NCBI RefSeq assembly: GCF_000143415.4
Contig: NW_003314320.1
Location: forward strand, 1,191,231-1,255,230
Direction of reading: 5' to 3'
DNA from: Selaginella moellendorffii
Taxonomy: Eukaryota; Plantae; Lycopodiophyta
DNA: 64,000 nt
Positions 13,212 to 27,247 of this stretch are shown here, in pieces. The translations under genes and the position numbers were made by a program. Position 1 is the first letter of the stretch; the number at the start of each line of letters is the position of its first letter. The notes beneath the pieces were generated by a model. The model searched no databases. It had not been told where the DNA came from and was given only the letters and a program-made list of their open reading frames with translations.

Positions 13212-13499
13212 CTAGTGAGGTATACTTCATAATACTTCTGAAGCTAAGGTATATTTGCTAGGGAGGAAGTTTTATTTGATAAATGAAATGAAATAACCTA
13301 TCTAGTGCAAATTTAAACTTAAGGCAAGAAGTAGATGTGAGTGATGCATCAATCTAAAAGAAAATCAAAGCACTTATCTTAAAATTTTTAGAGATTGCCA
13401 CAACTTGCATTCTTCCACTGGAAAAAAAAATATATAAAAAAAATCGAAGACTATACTGTGAGAGCACAATCTGTACATGCCTTAAGCTATAAACAAAAG

Positions 13500-14150
13500 A
13501 GATTAATCTAGCAACCAACAAAACCTAAACATAGGACTGGCACACCTTTTCCAAGGTGTGGTGAGAATTCAAAAAACCTCCCATGCTTTTTAGAATACAA
13601 TGATGCTTGAGCCATGAGAGGTGGGTGGGGTTTGCAAGTTCAAGAACTCACCTTGGGCTTGTTCTCTCTCACGGAAGGATAGAGACTGCAAACTCTCTAA
13701 TGGTTCTTCATAAACCCAAATGAAGGCGTCTCAAATTTCCACAGCACATAAAAATCTAGATTGTTGTGGTTGGGGGCCAAATTAGTGGCTGCCAACCTAA
13801 CGCTAAACATGGATCTCCATAAGAAGAAGTGTAATTGCTGTGATTGCCAGTGATCTAGCAAGCAAGCATTAGCTCAATTGCGGCAGAGCATCTAGGTGAG
13901 TTAAAAAGAATGGGTACAAGGGCAGGACACATAAATGACACATGTCAGATGCTTATGTTGCCTTGTTTGAAGCCAATGAGCACTGGAGCTGTGCTGGTCT
14001 CCCATTGGCCAGGGCTAACATCAGGAAAATTTTTCATGCAACCATGCAAACAGAGCTTGGCCTGGGCCTGGGATACAATGGCTGGCAGGCCTCCTTGCTA
14101 GAGGGAACCATTCATATTGGAGACCCACAGGCATGTGCCGGCTTGCTTCT
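13500..14150 (-). repeat. Inverted, internally shorter copy of the 4560-6965 repeat
   Basis: See the matched blocks listed for 4560-6965. Confidence 0.7.
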
Positions 14151-14526
14151 CATCCAAATTTATAGACTTTCCTAAAACACTTCCTAGTATATTCCAATTT
14201 ATTCTACCATCTAATGGTTGATAGACAATAAGATAAATCTTGTGTTTATAAATTATAAACATACATTTGATCAATTGAATTGAATAACACAACTATTAAA
14301 TAAACCAAGCATTATTGTATGCAACACATAGCAAATAATTTAATTATCAATATCAGTTTTCATGTAGCTCTCACAAAAACAAATTGGTTTGAATAAAATG
14401 AAATTAAATACATATACATGTTCCAACATAATTCTTTTATGTATAGCTATAAATCTGGAATTGATAGTTATCAATATATATAACATTTATGCAACTAAAA
14501 TCAACCTGGTTTTTATTATACATAAC

Positions 14527-14618
14527 ATATAATTTTCTTAAGTATATTTTGAGACTATAATTGATAAACCCTAAACCATATCAATTATAGTCTCAAAATA
14601 TACTTAAGAAAATTATAT
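14527..14618. repeat. Perfect 40-bp inverted repeat with a 12-nt telomere-like loop
   Basis: Arm 14527-14566 is the exact reverse complement of 14579-14618. Loop is AACCCTAAACCA. Confidence 0.95.
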
Positions 14619-14659
14619 ATAAAAATTATAGTTCTTTGAAGTTTTATTCTGAAAGTGTA

Positions 14660-14900
14660 ATATAATATAATTTTCAATATAGACAATGTTGTGGTGTATG
14701 TAATACGAAACTAGAAGACAATATTGTTTTTAGTGTAGATGTTATATCATTCTCTCAACTACTATAATAAAACTAGAACAAAATATAGTTTTTAGTATAG
14801 ATAATATTCTGTTGTATTATATTATACAAAATTGGAACATAATATAGTTTATCATATAGACAATATCAACCAATATTTTCAAACTGGAAAACAAAATTTA
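14660..14900. repeat. Degenerate ~60-bp tandem repeat (~4 units)
   Basis: A recurring AAACT(A/G)GAA..AATAT(A/T)GTTT..TAGA unit at ~14708, 14769, 14828 and 14881. Confidence 0.55.
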
Positions 14901-17900
14901 TGAAAAAAAAATTTATTATATGAATAAGTTGCAGTTTATAATACCTTGAACAATAGGCTAGTATGGTATGGAAGTGTGTTGTCTTCCTTCCAAAACCCAT
15001 TTTCAACTACATATAAAGGATGAATGGTGTATTTTCTCCTTGACAATATTCTTTTGACATTGCACTATTTTGGAAACTAATGATGTCTCTAACCAGAACT
15101 TGTCTAAAGAAATTCCCATACTCTTTTAGTAAGATAAATAAATTTATATTACTACTATTTAGTATAGGATGTTGAGTAAGGCTTTTTCTGCCTGCCTTTG
15201 TATTCTCACCCTTGCTTGCAAAACAATGTCAAATAGACAAAGACAAGAACATAGAAGGAGAGAAAAAAAAAGAATGAGAAAATAGATTATAGAAGAATTG
15301 AGCCTCAAACTCTAAAGGCGTAAGTAAGGATAAGTATATGTCACTCTCTCAATTCTACAGTCATAAACGGGAGAAAAAATGGTTAATTTAATGCAAATGC
15401 ATACAACAGTGAGTGGGAGATTATTATCTAGCATGTCTAAGTGTTATTGATTTTATAACCATTCCCAACTACTTCTCGCATATATCAGGTCTTTCTTCTT
15501 TGGATGTTTAAACTTAAGTGTAACTCTATTTCACCTAACTTTTTTTCTCTGCTCTGCCTAGGAAGATATATAAGAATAAAACATTTTCCTCTTCATCAAA
15601 TATCCTCTCCTAATGCTATATATAAACTCCATCCACTTGGCTGGTACCTCCGTTATATATCAGTTTCTTCCTGGATTTTGACTATATCACCTATTGCCAC
15701 TTTTATTGGACTATCATTGTTGAAGACACCTCTTGGAAAAACCATATCCAAAATCAAATGGAAGTGGTTCTAAGTGTGGCACAATAGAAACCTTTTTGGA
15801 GTATAATATCCATTGGTAGGATGCAAGTGTGATCAAACTGAACAATCCCTAGAGCTAAAACATGCCAATTAGTATAGTGATCCACTACTAGAGCTTCTCT
15901 TGGGTAATTTCAATTTACTTTTTTTCATTATACACCACTTTTGGCACTAAAAATATTTGTCATGTCTAGTACCAACTTTCCTCCCAGTGGCTGACCAACA
16001 GCCCTACATATGAAACAACATAAGCTTAAGAAAAAAAGTAAAAAGAGGACTTACATCTTGTTAGAAGGTAGCAATAGGCAATCTTCTAACTCTTACTCTT
16101 ACTACTCGAAGTAGACTGTTTGTTGCCATGCAATTCCAACATTTGCATTACTCACAACTGGCACAAGCTAAAAACTTTAACACCACATCCTCCATTTTCT
16201 ACAGCTCAAAGCAAGCACTAAGAGTGAGATAACAAAACCATTGATTGAGGTATTAAAAATAATTATCTTATTAAACATATGTGGTAATGGTAGAAGAATG
16301 TTTTTTACTTCTACTTGACACTTCTTCATCCTTGGATTTTTCTTTTTCTGTTGTTATTCTTGCAACAAGACAAGCATCATGATGGAGGGATTAGCAAAGT
16401 AAAACTTTCAATACTAGTAGCATGTTTAAGTTCTTGTTGCTCTTTAGACCATAGCAAAGATTGACTCCTATCTAGACAAGTACAATACAAGGAAAATAAG
16501 TTAGAACTGAAAAGGCTTTTTTATTTCTCTATTTACTCACTTAAGTAGACAACTTGGAAGAATACTCATCTTTGTCCTAGATTGTACACAGCCATCTAAG
16601 CCTTATAGATAAATCTAACTTATTTCCTTGGATGGCCTCCAATCACTTCAATGCTTGTCTTAATTGTGGACTCTTGTCCTTGGTCTTGTAATAAGTTGCA
16701 ATGCTAAGCTCAAAGAAAATCAATGCATTCCCAAACTATTGCAAGTTTATTAATGCTAGAGACCAAGAATATCAATAAAGGACCAAGAATTATCAAGATT
16801 GCTTATTGTCCCTAATATGTACTACAATTCTAGAAACCTTAGCCCCCACAATAGCATTCTAGAATGGCAAAGCCTTGCGACACTCTCCTGGAGGAGAAAT
16901 CCCTAGTGCCATGGTCTTTAAGCATTAGAATATTCATAGAATCTCCCTGCCTGAATTAAAATATTCATCCATTAGCTCAATCAGCTGACAATATGCAGTC
17001 AGGATACATCCAAAATTGGCTTGGCACCCAAAATGAAGAGTTGGGCGATACATTGGGTCAAATTTATCAGTTCTAAGTGTGGTTGATAATAATGCATAAC
17101 AAGAATTAACAACTATCACTAAAGTAGTATAGAATCAAATTATCATTTCTTCATTTAAAATGAACAAATATCCATAAAAGTTTGACATAGTAACCTTGAA
17201 ATAAATAGTGCAACTACTACTTGAATTAAAGCTTTCTTTTGCCAACACAAAGTGATACTTTAGAAGTGAGAAATACATCTACCAATTGCCAAATTCATAA
17301 AAAATTGAAATTGTGAAGGCCTTAAGTACATTGCTAAATAGGCTGTGAAGTTTGGATAGTTGATCATTTTTAAAGAGGTTTGGTCCAAAAATACTTAGGA
17401 CTACCACAATAATATTTACTAGAAAAATATACTAAAACTATATCTATTTCCAAAATATATTGTGAATCATTCTTTATTTATAACAATATATGTAAATTAT
17501 ACTAAAACTTAAGTGCATAAAAAGACCAAAACATTATTCCAAAATTACTCTCTCCATTAGTTAATTTTAAACTTTATCTATATCGGTGAATTATATAGAA
17601 ACTATAGAAACCACACTGAAAACCACTCCTAGACTGATTGTCAAATAGCATATAAATAATATTAAAAACCAGATTTGTTATGGTCCCAAACTAGAGTATA
17701 ACTGAATTAAAAAAACATTCCCAAAACCAGTGGTATATATAGATTTTTCTAGTTATTTTTAAAAATATTTTCTGTAATGTAGCATAAAATTTTATATACT
17801 TTATTATGAATTGAGAAAATTTATAAGAAATATTTATCTTAATAAAATGACTCAAAAGCATAAACTTATAATATTATCAGAGAATTTGATAAATTATAAC

Positions 17901-18495
17901 TTATGAGCTATAATTATGAAATATATTAGTAATATTATGTACCTAAAAATAAGGTTAAAAAATAAAAAGGACATTCTTAAAAACGTACTGGATATTTCAA
18001 TTTATGAAAATTTACAATAAATATTTAATTTTAGGAATGTGTGACGACTGAAATTTAGAAAATCAAAATTACACGAGCCTAGAGTCGGAGCGTGCAAGGC
18101 CTTAAATGCGAGAAATGATTGTGGAATTCCTTGAATCCGCAAGAGATCTTACGCTGGATTCGGTTATGATTCTAGCTAGCGACAATCACTGACTGACGAT
18201 GACCACTCTCAAAGCGAGGAAGGAAGAACGATGCCCATCGAATTGAATGTGCGACTTGCTATATAGGAATCCGTATGGAGTCCTTACCGCAGTATTTTCT
18301 TCTTGCTTGCTTGGTCGGTCTCTCTCTCTCCATCGCTCGTGTGCCGTGCGTGCGTGCGTGCGCTCTACCTACGAGATCTTCTATCTAATCCCACGGGCAC
18401 CCACTTTAAAATCGCGAATCCACTATATATCTGCTTGGTACTCCCCTCCTTCGATCGATCAACCGATCGATCATTCGTTCGATCGCGAAATCATC

Positions 18496-19212
18496 ATGTC
18501 TGCTACTGCTACTGCTGCTGCTGGTACAAGTGATTCGAGCGCGCGAGAATCACCACCTGGGCCAGCGGCGGCGAATCGGGGCCATGCGAGGAAGAAGAAG
18601 ATCAGCAGGAAGAACAGCGAGTACCGGGGCGTGAGGCGGCGTCCCTGGGGGAGATTCGCGGCGGAGATTCGCGATCCAAACACGAAGGAGCGGCGGTGGC
18701 TGGGGACGTTTGATACCGCCGAGGAGGCGGCGCTTGCCTACGATGTGGCCGCTAGGGCAATGCGAGGGATTCGCGCGCGCACCAATTTCGTCTTTGATCA
18801 ATCTGATCGTTCAGCGGTGGCAGCAGCAGCAGCAGCAGCCGCGCCGCGATCTTCCTCTTCTTTCTGCGGGATCTCGAAATATCCTTCCTCTTCCAGTTCT
18901 TCGATGATGATCCAGCAGCAGCCCGGCGGCGCCAAGAGCCCCAAGCAGGTGGAGATCGAGCAAGTCCTGGAGAAATGCCGCATCTATCAGCTCCAGATCC
19001 AGAGCAAGAACATCCAGCACGATCAATCGAGGGAGCGCGCAATGGCTGGTCCGGACTTCCCCCTTGCCCGCGACGACGACAATCTCCTCCAGATCCTCCA
19101 GCAGCCATCGCCTCAGCAGGAATGGGATCTCGGGGCGGCGATTGGTTTCTCGACCCAGGAACACGAGATGATCGATTACTATGGCGAATCGAGCTTCTAC
19201 TGTTTAACATAG
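18496..19212 (+). CDS. AP2/ERF transcription factor (ESR1/DRN/LEP/PUCHI-like group)
   Basis: [56 protein letters not shown]. Intronless. ATG 18496 preferred to the longer ORF start at 18247. Confidence 0.93.
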   Translation: MSATATAAAGTSDSSARESPPGPAAANRGHARKKKISRKNSEYRGVRRRPWGRFAAEIRDPNTKERRWLGTFDTAEEAALAYDVAARAMRGIRARTNFVFDQSDRSAVAAAAAAAAPRSSSSFCGISKYPSSSSSSMMIQQQPGGAKSPKQVEIEQVLEKCRIYQLQIQSKNIQHDQSRERAMAGPDFPLARDDDNLLQILQQPSPQQEWDLGAAIGFSTQEHEMIDYYGESSFYCLT

Positions 19213-19258
19213 AAATAAAAGAGTTTTTAGGGCTCTTGTGTATTGAGTAGTCGAGGTC

Positions 19259-19800
19259 ATGGCGCCCGCGGCTACCACGGCGATCGCGTCGGCTTCCACC
19301 ACAGATCGCCTCCTCCGCCGCCAGCTTCCAATGGTATGCACTTCGATTTCTGGGGATTTTTGGCGAAATCTCGAAGATTATAGCTGCCTTGTTGGTGAGG
19401 ATATTGCCGAGGCCTATACGTAGACAAATGTATATGTCTGGTGTGCCTTAGATTGTTTACTGAGGCGCTGGAAGAGCTACACCGGCTGTGTTTCTCTCCC
19501 TCTGGATCAAGGTGAGCGTTTGATTCATAATTCTCAAAGTTTGTGATCGTTTTTTTTTTGTTTTGTTTTTGCCAGTAGACCACTTTGGGACATTGTGACA
19601 CATATGGTAACGTCTGTGCCACTTCCCACTCCTGGACACAGCCAAGTGTTGTTTTCGCTGGAAAGCCGTGAAGAGCTATCTATCTGTGTATAGATATTGC
19701 TTGTTATTCCCTACTTCGCTGCTAGTGCTCCCAGGATTTGCTTGGAAGCAAGTTCCCGGCTTGTAATGTGGTGGAAAGAAGAGCAAAGAAAGCCACCGTG
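19259..19800 (+). pseudogene. Collapsed duplicate of the SCD1 5' region plus the 3' end of the MBOAT gene
   Basis: Ordered blocks match 21796-21817, 21865-21933, 22156-22175, 22196-22224, 22240-22311, 22333-22479 (introns included) and 31370-31473. Confidence 0.9.
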
Positions 19801-20250
19801 TGATCGAGGAGAGCTTCTGGAGGTAAGGTTTTTTTTTTTCTAATTTGCTCGGTTGGCTCTATTCCCAGTTCTCCATGTTTTGCTATTGTTTGGTTTCACA
19901 GTCCCATCTTCTGGAAAATTCGCCGCTCTCTGTCTGAAGGTGACAATATTTCTTCTCTCACTCACGCTATACACTTCGTCAAGGCGGAAGCACGGAGGCG
20001 TGAAGTGTTACAACAATGCTCTTTGCAACTCCTGCGTGTAAGACTTGCCTAGTCTGTTTTTCTCAATATTGAATTTTCTGCCCTTGCCTAGTGGAACCCA
20101 AAGATGTAAAACACATCAATCCGGAGCAAGAAGAGGAAGAACGAAGTGGCAAAAATCTCCGTATCATTGGTATAGAGGACAATGTCTTGCCAGAATCTTC
20201 CGAGGCTGAAAAGTTTCAAGCGGCTTTAGCTTACTAGAATCTTGTTGTAG

Positions 20251-20430
<180 letters not shown>

Positions 20431-20648
20431 TAAGTTGTGGCGTGGCGATGTATAGAAGAAGAATGGCAGAAACGGTAACTGCGAAGAACCACTGAAACTT
20501 CGAAACCACTGAAAAATCGCATAAGCTAAGCAGAGATTACATGATCAAAAGACTTCTCCATTCGTAAATTAATCCGCTTGGCCAAAAACTAAGCCCTGGC
20601 TTTAATAATCGCAGAAGATGGCGGAAGAACTCTAGGTGAGAGTGAGCA

Positions 20649-21308
20649 ATGGCACGCGTGTCGCTTGAGGAGCTCTTGCCGGATCCACGGATTGTTTTCG
20701 GGGATGAGAGCTGGATCAGCAAGCATCTCCCAGATCCATGGAAGAATCCGCGGGCTTCCTTGGCGGGTATCTGGAAGAGTTACTGGCGTACAGGTAAATC
20801 CTTTTGTTGTGTCTGTTGCTTGCGCATTGCGAGTCGCTCAATTTGCAGTGGCGACTTCGACGGCAGGCGGCCAGGCGGGATCCTCTTCCTGTGCGCCAAA
20901 TGCTATTACGACATGTATGCTGCGCTAGACGAGAAGCTTGAACAGGTCGACCATGATCGAGAGAGCTACGTTCTCTACGGCGTGTTGCTCAATCGGGGAT
21001 ACCGAGTGTCGTTTTACAAGTGGGAGCGGCATCCTGATGGCACGGTCACAAAGGTGGTGTGCCACACAATCTACACTTTCAGGCGTCCCTACGAAGTGCG
21101 TGAGATAATTGGGCCAACCATTCGGGGCATGCTCAACGAGGTGCAGGACAACAGCGAGCTCGAAGTTCTTGAGGGTGGCATACATGTCAAGGCGCATTCC
21201 GAAAGTGAGAGGGCGGATCCAAAGTGGCTTGACTACCCTGCTATAATGTTTAAGCCCTCAATGTGGCGACTCAATGGAGAAGCTCCACCCGGGGTTTCAT
21301 ATCTGTGA
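20649..21308 (+). CDS. Orphan intronless 219-aa protein with a putative Zn-binding CxxC...CxxC
   Basis: Uninterrupted ORF with a good start context (GCAATGG), globular composition and FCCVCC...LCAKC. No family recognised. Confidence 0.6.
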   Translation: MARVSLEELLPDPRIVFGDESWISKHLPDPWKNPRASLAGIWKSYWRTGKSFCCVCCLRIASRSICSGDFDGRRPGGILFLCAKCYYDMYAALDEKLEQVDHDRESYVLYGVLLNRGYRVSFYKWERHPDGTVTKVVCHTIYTFRRPYEVREIIGPTIRGMLNEVQDNSELEVLEGGIHVKAHSESERADPKWLDYPAIMFKPSMWRLNGEAPPGVSYL

Positions 21309-21734
21309 ACATTTACAGCTGCAATGCTGAAGCCTCGTCCTCACACCAAGCAGCTCCTCAACCATACAATAACCGTGAGATATCCTATAGGAGGAACTAC
21401 CACCTTTTATCAGTTTGAAATGGAAAGGGATGGAGACCACTAAGCAGAACGTCCACAACTGATACAATATCAACACCACACATTTTTAACATTTCGAAGG
21501 CACAGTATTCATGGTTCATTATAAGAAATCCTTTTTGTAAAAATGGTCCCAAGAATTATAAGATTTCTCTCCAAAATCTCAGGAGCAAAGTCGTGAAGAA
21601 ATGTCGCATCTAAGATCCACCCAAAATATAAAATTTCTTGCCCGTGACGACGACAATCAATGGGATCGACGAGATGAGATAGAGTAGAAATAAAAGGTTA
21701 CCTCGAAATTTTTAGGGTTCTTGAGTATGATGCC

Positions 21735-24700
21735 ATGGCGAAGTTAGTGGAGTATTTCCTCGTCTGCGGCCTCGGTCCAGAGGTCCAGGCATCGAATGGC
21801 GCCCGCGGCTACCACGGGAGTTCCGGCGTCTCCTATAGTCCATCGCTGCTGGATCAGTTCCCTCCGGCTTCCACAGATCGGCCTCCTCCGCCGCCCCAAC
21901 TTCCAATGGTATGCACTTCGATTTCTGGGGATTCCTAGCGAAAAATCGATTTTCTTAGTGCGTTCTACCGGGTGGAGTGGCATTTCATTCGACTGGATTC
22001 ATAATCACGGACGAATCGAGCTATCCTCGCAGCTATCCAATTATCTTAACTGGTAGTGTTGATTGTTTATTCCTCTTACAGTCCTATCTTGAGTGCTCTA
22101 GACGGCGATGGATCTAAGATCTACGTTAGCTGCGTTGCCTTTCGAGATCCAGTTGATGAGGATATTGCCGAGGCATACCGCATTCCTGCGAACTCATACG
22201 TAGACAAATGTATATGTCTGGTGTCACACTCGCCTTGCTTTAGATTGTTTGCAGAGGCGCTGGAAGAGCTTCACCGGCTGTGTTTCTCTCCCTCTGGATC
22301 AAGGTGAGCGTATGATCTGTTATCTCTTCGATTCAAAGTTTGTGTTCGTTTTTTTTTTTCTTTGCCAGTAAACCACTCTGGGATATTGTGGCACATATGG
22401 TAACGTCTGTGCCACTTCCCACTCCTGGACAGAGCCAAGTTTTGTTTTCTCTGGAAAGCCGTCTTCTGTGTATAGATATGCCTCCGAAGGGCGGTTTTCC
22501 TCACGCAGACGTACGATTTCCATTCACAGGACACTAAATTTTTTACTAACCATTGGAGTTTTGGTTTGCAGATGTCATTTCAACCTCTCCTACAATGCTT
22601 GGATGTAGATAATGTTTTGCAGCTCTTTGTTTCTATTCTTCTTGAGAGACGGGTTCTTCTTCGGGCTAACAAGTAAGATGACGTTGTAAATGTTTCCATT
22701 TTATCTTTTGGTGTTCGGTACAGGCTTTCGTTGTTGACAATGGTTGCGGAAGCTGTATGCCATCTTATCTATCCAATCAAGTGGCAGGTACATTCTCAGA
22801 CGACTGTATGCATGCGTTTAAACTTTTATGTGTGAGCAGCATGTGTACATTCCAGTATTATTTTACGCTGGAGTCGACTACATTGAGGCTCCGACTCCCT
22901 ATTTGATGGGTCTTCATTCGGCTGTTGACATCTCTAACTTTTCGCTGGACGGGGTATGATGTCAAATGAACTTCGGTTTTTCCGCTTTACATGTCTTCTT
23001 ACTCCACAGGTGGTGGTTGTGGATCTGGAAAACAATCAGATATTTTCCTCAGAAGCCATACCTCCTCTTACGGAACCTGAAGGCTCAATTCTGCGAAGAG
23101 ACCTTGTGCGCTTACTGTATCCAAATGTAGTTCATTTGGATCGTGCTCGCAAAACAATTGGCGATCCCTGCTATGATGATCTAAGGCTTGGAAATAAGAA
23201 ATGGAATGAGCAACATGATTTGGAACTGAGGTATGGACTGATACGAATGTTTCTCTTACGCGTGCTAAGCAAGTACCACATTCCAGGCTTATTTTTCTCC
23301 AGTTTTTTGCATCAGTTTTGCCTGACTACCGCAAATTTGTGGTAAGTGGTGCATCTTCTTTTAGATGCGTACTATCTAGTCAAATCTTACGACAGGGGGC
23401 TGCGATTGCTCTCCTGGATGCAGGGCAGTGCTCACGTAGCGATGAATGTTTTCAATACGCAAGCTTTCTTGAAAAAACGTGCAAGAGCCCTTGGACGTCA
23501 ACCTGATCCCATGGCAAGTCTTTGGCTTTTTCGTGGTTTGTTTTTTTTTTTTTACTGGTTTACGGTGTGCAGATTTTTCAGCTATTGAACTCCCAAGGAT
23601 TTATGGATTTTCTGGATCGAGGATATGGTGCACCTGATGCGGGTTTAAATCTCGTGGATAAACTTCAGAGTGCTATCGCTAATAGCGAATCTCGTGGAGC
23701 CATTCTACCTCTGCCGTACGACGAGCCTGAAATCATAACCGTTGCAGATATACAGAGTAAAGGTCCAGGTGAGGAGAAATCGTTAGTTGGTTTTCTAAGG
23801 ATTCAACCACCTGTGTTTCAGCTGCAAGGTCAAGATTTTGTTATGATCGATTTCCTGCCAACGTGAGGACTCAGTTTGAGGAGGAGAAACGAAGTGCGGT
23901 TTTGGCTAAAGCAAACGCAAGTTTCGACCGTCCCAATAGACCAGCTGTTTCAAGGTGAATACGATTTTATCTGTTGGAAAATGTTGTCTAATCAACTTTT
24001 GTTTTTACAGTCCTGTTTCAGGGAGTTTCAGTCCACGAGAAAGAGCTGTAAGTATTATGGTTTTCTGCACATTTACAGTAAAAGACTCATTCAGGCTGAG
24101 CGGGACCGCATGGTGCTCGACATAAAAGTCAAACTCCAGGTACTTGCTAACTTGTCAATACGCAATCTTACGGGTTTTTAAAACTCAGGGATTGTGGCTA
24201 CGGCTTCTCAATTTAAGTTCTGTAGAGGATCCCTTTTCGTCGTTTGAATATGGCACCATACTCGGTAAGATCTCTTTCTCATTACGTAGTGCTCCTAAGC
24301 TTTTTTTCTGCAGCTTTGATTGAGTCCGATGCGGAAGGTATTGGTGGAAGTGGATTTGTTGAGTGTGTCAGGGAGCATATTCACTCGGTAAGCTAAATGT
24401 TTTTGGTACACGCTGTTCTAAAGCTCGAACCTTTGCAGGGGTGGCAATGTCGTGTTTCCGAGGAACAATTTATGGCAGTTAAAGAGCTTGTAAGTACTCT
24501 TTTGTTGTCTTTAAGTTCTCTCCAATCTTTTATTCTTTTCCTTTGCAGGTGAAAACCATTGTCAATCGTGCTACTTCACGCAATGATATGGAAACAGTTC
24601 GGGATGCACTGGAGATTTCTGCCGAAGTTCACCGTCGTGATGCTGGCAATATTTTAGACTTTGTACAACGTCATTTGGGATCTTTGCCAGTTTGGGACGA

Positions 24701-26983
24701 CATACGGTGAGCCTAAGTTGTTTCTTAAATATCTTTTAACTGTAAAATTGCAGTTTCTGGGAAGGATATTGTGAGTATATAATGGAACGTTCCTCTGATA
24801 GGTATTGATTTCTTTATAAATCTTAATTATCTCTTGGTGAACATGTGTTGCCTGTCTTAGGACTGGGAAGTATGCTGATCTTGTAACCGAACAACTTGTC
24901 GTCATAGCTCGGCACCTGGTACGATATGATTTGAATTCTACGTTTTATTGCTTGATTTTTATAGGCTGGTTTGAAAGTTCCGGATCCAGAGGCCTGGCTA
25001 ATTCTTGAGTCATTAGCATTGAAGAATAATCTTGGATCGAAGCAACTGGTGGGTGTGCACACTTTTTTCAATCACGTCCAATGACATTTTCCTTTTTTTT
25101 TTCTGCAGATAAAATTGAGAGGCATTTTAGCTCATGTACAGAATGTGAAACAAGGTTACTGGGGAAAACTACCTACATCAAGAGCACAGCCAGTAGCCTC
25201 TTATCCTCAAGATCGACAAGAAAACGATGACAGTCAGAGCTCTCAAGCGGCGGGTGCTGGAAGAAGCTGGATGCAAAGTATGTTTAGCAGGGATCGCGCC
25301 TCGTTCAGACAACCTGCCAACGACGCTCGAGGTCGTACGGACGCACCTGTTTCAGGTAAGTTCTTTATGAAATAAAGTGTTTCTGTTGATGGTTTTCCCG
25401 TTTAGGCTCAAGGCAAAATCAGCGAGCCAATGTAGACAGCACGCAGGCAGTGAAACGGTCTCCAGCTTTGCGAAACCTTCGTGGTCATACAGGTCCTGTG
25501 ACAGCATTGCACGTGGGAACGAGAAGTGAAATGGGGGATCTTGTCGGCGAAAATGAACCAGGCATGTTCATAAGTGGATCTGCTGACTGCACGGTTCGTT
25601 CTAGTCTCGGTTCTCTGATTTAGCATTGACAAAACATTAAGTGCAGTTAAAAATGTGGGATCCAACCGTGCGTGGTTCTGAGTTTCGAGCAACATTAGAA
25701 GGACACACGGCGTATGTTTTAACTGTGTGGTTTGTTGATGTTTGTCCTTCTAACGATTCGTCTACAGGACAATTCGTGCAATATCGTCCGATAAGCTGCG
25801 TATAGTTTCCGGTGGCGACGATACTCTTGTACTTATCTGGGACAAGGCTACGTCTCAGAACAGCATGAAGCTCGACGGTCACAGAGAAAAGGTACTCTTA
25901 ATGTCTTTACTTGAAATAGTTTGTGAAGCATGGAAATCGCAGATAAGCTGCGTGAGGATGCTGTCGGAGGAACGAGTTCTTTCGGCTTCCCATGATGGCA
26001 CGGTCAAGATGTGGGATGCCAGAACGGACGCATGCGTTGCCAACGTGGGACAATCTTCGAGTGCAATTCTATGCATGGACTACGATGACACTACGAGAGT
26101 CCTTGCTGCCGCAGGAATGGACGGGTATGCTTGTTGTTACGTCAACCATCTATCTTGATGCTTTTTATTTTGCTCAGAGTTGTGAAAGTTTGGGATGTCC
26201 GAGCTGGGAAACAGGTTCATATGCTTCTCGGTCACAAGAAGTGGATAAGGTAAAGCTGGTTGTTCTTGGCTTGTGAGACTGTGTTTTCTTTTGCTGCCAT
26301 GGCCAGAACTTTGAGAATGGTGAAGGATACGATCGTCACTGGAAGTGACGACTGGACAGCGAGGGTGTGGTCTGTGTCTCAAGGTTCTTGCGACGCAGTC
26401 CTTGCATGTCACGCAGGTGGAATCACCTGCGTGGAGTACTCTGCTACAGACGATGGAATCATCACAGGTTTGTTGCTTCACTTCTACTTGTGCTACTTAC
26501 ACATTACTCTTTTCATACAGGTTCGGCAGATGGTCTGGTTCGCATTTGGGAGTATCAAAACGGTAAGCAGAGCTTTCATTTCTTCGCTTCCGAGAGTAAC
26601 CAATGATGTATAATGTGTGCATCAGGAGGCTTGCTTCAGTGCGTGAAAAACGTCGGTGTCCACGTTTCGCCCATTCTCTCCGTGAAAGCGGGACCGCGGT
26701 GGCTGGCAATAGGCGCCGGAGATAACTCCATGTCCCTGTTCCACAAGGCGGAGCAAAACGACCAAGCAAAGGGAATGGCGGGATGGCAGCTCTACCGCAC
26801 TCCACAGCGTAGCGCCGCAGTGGTACGTCTCGATTGATCTTTATCTTCCAATTCTCTGGATCTATGTATAATAAGAACTTTCACTCTTTCCAGGTGAGAT
26901 GCGTTGCTTGTGATGCGGACAGAGGAAGGATTTGTAGCGGCGGCCGCAATGGGCTTCTTCGTCTCTGGGAACCAAACCTCTAG
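21735..26983 (+). CDS. SCD1: DENN domain and WD40-repeat protein STOMATAL CYTOKINESIS DEFECTIVE 1
   Basis: N-terminus MAKLVEYFLVCGLGPE; uDENN/DENN segments (GDGSKIYVSCVAFRDPVDEDIAEAYRIPANSY, LLERRVLLRAN, APTPYLMGLHS); C-terminal WD40 repeats; ends RICSGGRNGLLRLWEPNL*. Many short introns. Confidence 0.95.
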
Positions 26984-27247
26984 AAATTTTAAAACGAAGT
27001 GAATATGCGTTTTTTTAATTTTTGTAAGAACTCTTGATCTAAGTCATTGGCGGGACGAAATCCTGGTTGGTTTTGTGTGTAAAGTAGCACATAGGCACAC
27101 CAAGTGGATGATCTTCCGGGTTCTTAGCACCATGGACGTAGAACTGCCTATAGTAGTCTCAGTAAGTTCCGAGGTGTAAACGCTAGTTCTTATAATCGAG
27201 AAAAGAATATCCGGCGAACATCTTCTGGGATTTAGGGCTTTTCCACA

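Noticed and set aside
18247-18495. 83-aa N-terminal extension of the ERF ORF
   Set aside because: Reads like promoter/5' UTR (CT and CGTG microsatellites, TATATA at ~18424). ATG 18496 is more plausible.
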